Under the pieces are notes generated by a model. The model worked only from the letters and a program-made list of their open reading frames with translations, was not told the origin of the DNA and made no database searches. Shown here piece after piece: positions 57,951-64,000 of a DNA stretch of 64,000 nt. How positions within the stretch are numbered: the first letter of the stretch is position 1; each line of letters opens with the position of its first letter. The position numbers were made by a program, and so were the translations under genes. Origin of the DNA: Octopus vulgaris (taxonomy: Eukaryota); NCBI GenBank assembly GCA_951406725.2, contig OX597827.1, positions 68,696,001-68,760,000 on the forward strand, in the 5' to 3' direction.

Positions 57951-57952
<2 letters not shown>
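57655..57952 (+). mobile_element. (TA)n-flanked ~300-bp unit with a T-rich tail (possible Penelope-like pLTR)
   Basis: TA tracts on both sides; degenerate hammerhead-like words (ctgaaga at 57801; cagccgaaa). Confidence 0.35.
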
Positions 57953-57996
<44 letters not shown>

Positions 57997-58119
57997 CATA
58001 TACATACATGCATATATATATATATGTATATGTGTATGTATGTATGTATGTATGCATGCATGTATGTATGTATGTATGTATATATGTATGCATGTATGTA
58101 TGTATGTATGTATGTATGT

Positions 58120-58201
<82 letters not shown>

Positions 58202-58282
58202 GATATTTCAAGAATGATTCAATCCGGATGTCTCCTCTCCAATCCTCTTTTCTCTCACTTTCTGCCGGCTAAAGTTTGCTAC

Positions 58283-59141
<859 letters not shown>

Positions 59142-59254
59142 TGCTGCACACCCACACACACATGTATATCCATATGCATAAAAATATAATAATATATATA
59201 TATGCATATGTATATATATATGTGTGTATATATGAATGTATATATATATATACT

Positions 59255-59320
<66 letters not shown>

Positions 59321-59533
59321 TATACGCACCTATCTATCCCTATATCTTCATCATTTATATCTCACCTTCCTCTGACGTCTATTTCCTACAAACAAAATAA
59401 CAACAACAACAACAACAACAATCACATCACTTTCGGCGATAAAAGGTCAGAAAATTCCGGATGCCTTGCTTCATGTTACGTGAGCCTTGCCTCTAACTGG
59501 TGACCTCCTCATATTCCCTGCTACTACTACCAC

Positions 59534-59534
<1 letters not shown>

Positions 59535-59606
<72 letters not shown>

Positions 59607-59684
59607 TGTGATAATAATGATAATGATAATAATAATGATGATGACGACGACGGCGATGATGATGACGACGATGATGATGACGAC

Positions 59685-59734
<50 letters not shown>

Positions 59735-59771
59735 CGACGATGATGATGATGATGATGATGACGACGACGAC

Positions 59772-59803
<32 letters not shown>

Positions 59804-59855
59804 CGATGTTGATAATGATGACGATGACGATGATGATGATGATAACAACAACATC

Positions 59856-59937
<82 letters not shown>

Positions 59938-60077
59938 GTGATAATAATAATAATGATATTAATGATAATGATGATGATGATGACGATGATGACGACGACG
60001 ATGATGACGACGATGATGATGACGACGATGATGATGACGACGATGATGATGATGATGACGATGATGATAATGATGAC

Positions 60078-60110
<33 letters not shown>

Positions 60111-60131
60111 AATGATGATGATAACAACATC

Positions 60132-60175
<44 letters not shown>

Positions 60176-60200
60176 TAGTAATAATAACAATAATAATAAG
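59535..60200. repeat. (AAT)n/(GAT,GAC)n compound trinucleotide repeat, internally duplicated
   Basis: Read directly; gataacaac(aac)atcaataat junction occurs twice. Confidence 0.95.
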
Positions 60201-60406
60201 GCCGACAACACTAACAGCAACAAGAGCAACAGTAGCGCTCCTCCCACTCCACCCCATTATCTCCCCCTCCCAGTAAGTCCTGTCATTCAACACTTCCTTG
60301 GGCTGATGGTAATATCCCGGATGTAGACAAATCAAAAAGCAAGTAAGAAAGAGAAATTGGAAGGAACAGCGCCAGAAGAGAAGGAAGGAACGTCTAGATA
60401 TGTTTT

Positions 60407-60567
60407 ATATATGTGTGTGTGTTTGTGTGTACGTATACATGCATACACATATACACACATGCACCCGCACACCCGCACAGACACACAAACATATATATGT
60501 GTGTATATATATATAGATATATATATATATATATATATACATACATACATATATGTATGCATATATA

Positions 60568-60615
<48 letters not shown>

Positions 60616-60820
60616 TCAATATAGGCTGGCAAAAAAAATTTTGTAGAATTCTTTTGCCACCAGCGGCCTAGTGGGAAAAAATTAAATAGTCATAGACCAT
60701 TTTTAAGTTCAACATCAACAACAAGGAACGGCCATATATGTGTGTGTGTTTGTGTGTACGTATACATGCATACACATATACACACATGCACCCGCACACC
60801 CGCACAGACACGCAAACATA

Positions 60821-60880
<60 letters not shown>

Positions 60881-60985
60881 CATACATATATGTATGCATA
60901 TATAAGATATATATATATATATATATATATCATACATACATATATGTATGCATATATAAGATATATATATATATATATATATTGA
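60407..60985. repeat. Two ~200-bp direct repeats separated by a ~125-bp unique spacer
   Basis: gtgtgtacgtatacatgcatacacatatacacacatgcacccgcacacccgcacagacac at ~60425 and ~60752. Confidence 0.85.
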
Positions 60986-61055
60986 TATATATATATATAT
61001 ATATGGAAAAAAAGTTAAGGTAGAAAATGCTAAAATAATTTGATAAAAAACATTT

Positions 61056-61092
61056 CAGTACCGGTTTCAGTCATTGTGACTTTTTTCAACTG
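61056..61092 (-). ncRNA. Minimal type I hammerhead motif, U3-A8 core variant
   Basis: CAG UUGAAAA A AGUCA-caa-UGACU GAAA C-CG-G UA^ CUG; followed by a T-rich tail running into (TA)n. Confidence 0.62.
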
Positions 61093-61240
61093 TAACAATT
61101 AAACAATTAAATTTAGAAAAATTCAATGAAAAGTTTTTTTAAAGAATATTTGCATAGTATTCAAATACAAGTGGCATTTTCCTTGTTTCTGCCTGTCTCT
61201 TGTTTACTCTTGCGAGTTCGAGGTCATTGTGGGTTCGAGG

Positions 61241-61285
<45 letters not shown>

Positions 61286-61751
61286 AGAGAGAGAGCAAGG
61301 GAATTGGGCTGTGCTATCCTGGCGTTTACTTACCTCATGAGGGACTTCCACGGATGGTGGCTAACTGAAACGTGGGGAGGCTTCCAAAGACCTCACGCCA
61401 CCAGTGATCCGAAAACCCACGAAATATCCCTAAAGTAAATATAATAAAAGAATACCAAAGTCTGGAGTTGGCATGAAACAATATTGATTTAAATGATGTT
61501 GATGAAACAATTGTAAACGTAACAATAATTCCATCTTCGAAACACAGAGTAGTCGAAGCAGGGGCAACCGAAGAAGGGGAATGTTCCTTGTGTTGTATGT
61601 CTTGTACTCTGTTTTTTCGTTGTTTAAAAAGTCTGTTTTCATGTGTTTGTTTTTATTTTCGTTTCTCGTTGTGCTCTAGGTTTTTTGGGTGTCTTGTACC
61701 CATATATGCATGTGTATATATATATATATATATATAGATAGATAGATAGAT

Positions 61752-61814
<63 letters not shown>

Positions 61815-61878
61815 AAGATAGATGTAGGTATTTACATATATGTATGTATATATGCATATGTTTTATTTATTAATTTGT

Positions 61879-61920
<42 letters not shown>

Positions 61921-61968
61921 CTACAAATATATATATACATATATATATATATTTTATTTATATTTATA

Positions 61969-62021
<53 letters not shown>

Positions 62022-62120
62022 TTTTTAAAGAATATTTGCATAGTATATATATATTTATTTATATTTATATATTTATATATATATATATATACATATATAT
62101 TTATAGAGTAAGTAGTCTAT

Positions 62121-62277
62121 ACAGCGGGCTTCTTTCAGTTTCCATCTACAAAATCCACTCAAGGCTTTGCTTGGCCCGAGGCTATTGTAGAAGACACTTG
62201 CCCAAAGTGCCACCCAATGAGACTTATCCCGGAACCATGTTGTTGGGAAGCAAGCTACTTACATCACGCTGCGCCTG
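62121..62277 (-). mobile_element. SINE family A, head half, diverged
   Basis: ggcttctttcagtttcc...gaagacacttgcccaa...ccggaaccatgt. Confidence 0.85.
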
Positions 62278-62437
62278 CCACGTCTCCATCATCATCAATT
62301 TTCGCCCCATTCATCATCATCATCATCATCATCATCACCACCACCACTACCAAACAGCATCTCATCATCACTCATGGAAAGTGAGGGAAAATGCATGTTC
62401 ATCACTTCCGTTCTCCGCGGAAGGGATAAAAAAAAAC

Positions 62438-62590
62438 AAGTTCGAAGATTGACGGAGCCAAACGGAAACAGACGGTACTAACCGGAAGAAGACTGGAAAT
62501 AGTACAAGACTGGAATATTCAGAATGGAACGAGAATAGTTGAAGCTGTAACGCAAGCAACATCATTCCATCGATTCACGATGGCCACTTA
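62438..62590 (+). pseudogene. Possible Tigger/CENP-B-like transposase N-terminal HTH relic
   Basis: Translation AKRKQTVLTGRRLEIVQ...NGTRIVE resembles the KRKxxVLTxxxKLEI start; in-frame stop follows. Confidence 0.35.
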
Positions 62591-62751
62591 GCAAGTGAAA
62601 TATTTCGACAGATTTTAATTGAAAGCAATCTCGGATTACTTGTCTTATTGACTAAAAACAAAATGTCGCCCATGTAACTGATAGTCGCTGATTTTCGTAC
62701 GATATTGTACAGACGATATTCTTTTGTTTTTCCCTTTTTCGTTCATTCTTT

Positions 62752-62813
<62 letters not shown>

Positions 62814-62833
62814 TAATTATACATACACACTCA

Positions 62834-62952
<119 letters not shown>

Positions 62953-63034
62953 GTATGTATGTATGCATGTATGTATGTGTATGTGTGTGTAAGTAGATAT
63001 GTATGTATGAATGTATGCATGTATATACGCATAA

Positions 63035-63065
<31 letters not shown>

Positions 63066-63235
63066 TAATTTGAGGTGTATTATTGCTTATATATATATAT
63101 ATATATGTACTTAAACATACCTACACCCACACATACACACACCCGTGAGAGAGAGATATTTAGGTTTGCATATATAAATCATTGAGTATGTATAACTATT
63201 AGGCTTTTTCCATTTCTGTTTCCCACTTCTCTCTT

Positions 63236-63290
<55 letters not shown>

Positions 63291-63362
63291 CTCTCCTCTC
63301 TCTCTTTTCTATCACCGTTACTTCTGCTTGTGTATTAGTAGTCATATAGCCGAAAGGCCTTC

Positions 63363-64000
63363 TATGTATGTATGTATGTATGTCATTATTCAGATTATTC
63401 CAAGATTTCTTGCCAATAGAGAAAGAACTGGTCTCCAACCTAGATCCAAGGCTCCTTCATTGGAATTTCAACATCAACAAGAGGGTATTTTTGTATGTAT
63501 GTATGTATGTATGTATGTATGTATGTATGTATGTGTAGATTTGTATGCTTTATGTATATATTCCAATGATTCCCATGCATACAGTTCCATATCTAGACAT
63601 GTTCATATATACATTTAAATGATAAACTTTTGGAAAGTTTCACAGATTTTTACAGTTCCAGTGATGGACTGGATCTGTAGTCTTCGAATCAGCTGTCTTT
63701 TTTCTGGTTTTGAGAAACTTAATTTCTTAAGATTGGTATTTAGGCAGTGTGTTACATATCCCAGGGCCCCAATAATTGCAGGTATAAACCTACACTTGTA
63801 ATCTAGTTAGAGTAACTGCAGATTTCTCAATAGTTCAGCATAGGTGTTCTCTTTTCACTGATCTTCAGCTTTATGTTAACATCCACTGGGCAGCTAATTT
63901 CCACTACTATGCATAGTTTCTCTTCTCTATCCCAAATCATTATATCAGGTCTGTTGTGCTTACATTTTATTGAAATCTTCACTGGTACATTCCACCAGGA
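63363..64000 (-). mobile_element. 3' end of an RLE-type (R4/Dong-like) non-LTR retrotransposon with an (ACAT)n tail; continues past the window edge
   Basis: RLE-coding segment, 3'UTR with internal (ACAT)n, and terminal ...gaataatg(acat)n. Confidence 0.85.
63615..64000 (-). pseudogene. Restriction-like endonuclease domain of a non-LTR retrotransposon, disrupted
   Basis: SWWNVPVKISIKCKHNRPDIMIWDREEKLCIVVEISCPVD...EK/ENTYAEL...IPAIIGALG...; PD-(D/E)xK-type RLE pattern with one frameshift and one stop. Confidence 0.88.

Noticed and set aside
59487-60326. Poly-Asn/Asp 279-aa ORF (acidic biomineralisation-like)
   Set aside because: Pure trinucleotide microsatellite, open in several frames on both strands, with no splice or signal-peptide support
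61566-61590. ccgaaga-aggggaatgttcctt, resembling a hammerhead 5' core plus helix II
   Set aside because: No GAAA or helix III follows; at most a deleted relic

Overview
Repeat-dominated, AT-rich animal genomic window. The repeat set suggests an octopod cephalopod (inference: tRNA-derived CORE-type and Meta-type SINEs, very dense microsatellites). Almost all long ORFs in the supplied track are simple-repeat artefacts. Real content: (1) a ~20.6 kb (GGAA)n-derived purine megasatellite next to a 100-N gap, and a ~5 kb 28/31-bp CCAA-derived minisatellite, both with higher-order structure; (2) about 25 SINE copies from at least 4 families; (3) a 5'-truncated CR1-like LINE with an intact 731-aa RT ORF; (4) 3' ends of RLE-type (R4/Dong-like) LINEs sitting in microsatellites; (5) a decayed mariner with both TIRs, plus mariner and hAT MITEs; (6) candidate host exons at 43.8-45.0 kb ending in a duplicated hydrophobic C-terminus with two in-phase alternative acceptors. 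The most interesting signal is a set of short (TA)n-flanked units carrying type-I hammerhead ribozyme folds with palindromic helix III (Penelope-like pLTR style). One has a perfect core and an unusually long helix II (46855-46947, minus), one has a compensatory U3-A8 core (61056-61092, minus), and several truncated half-motifs are present. All calls were made by eye, with no database searches.
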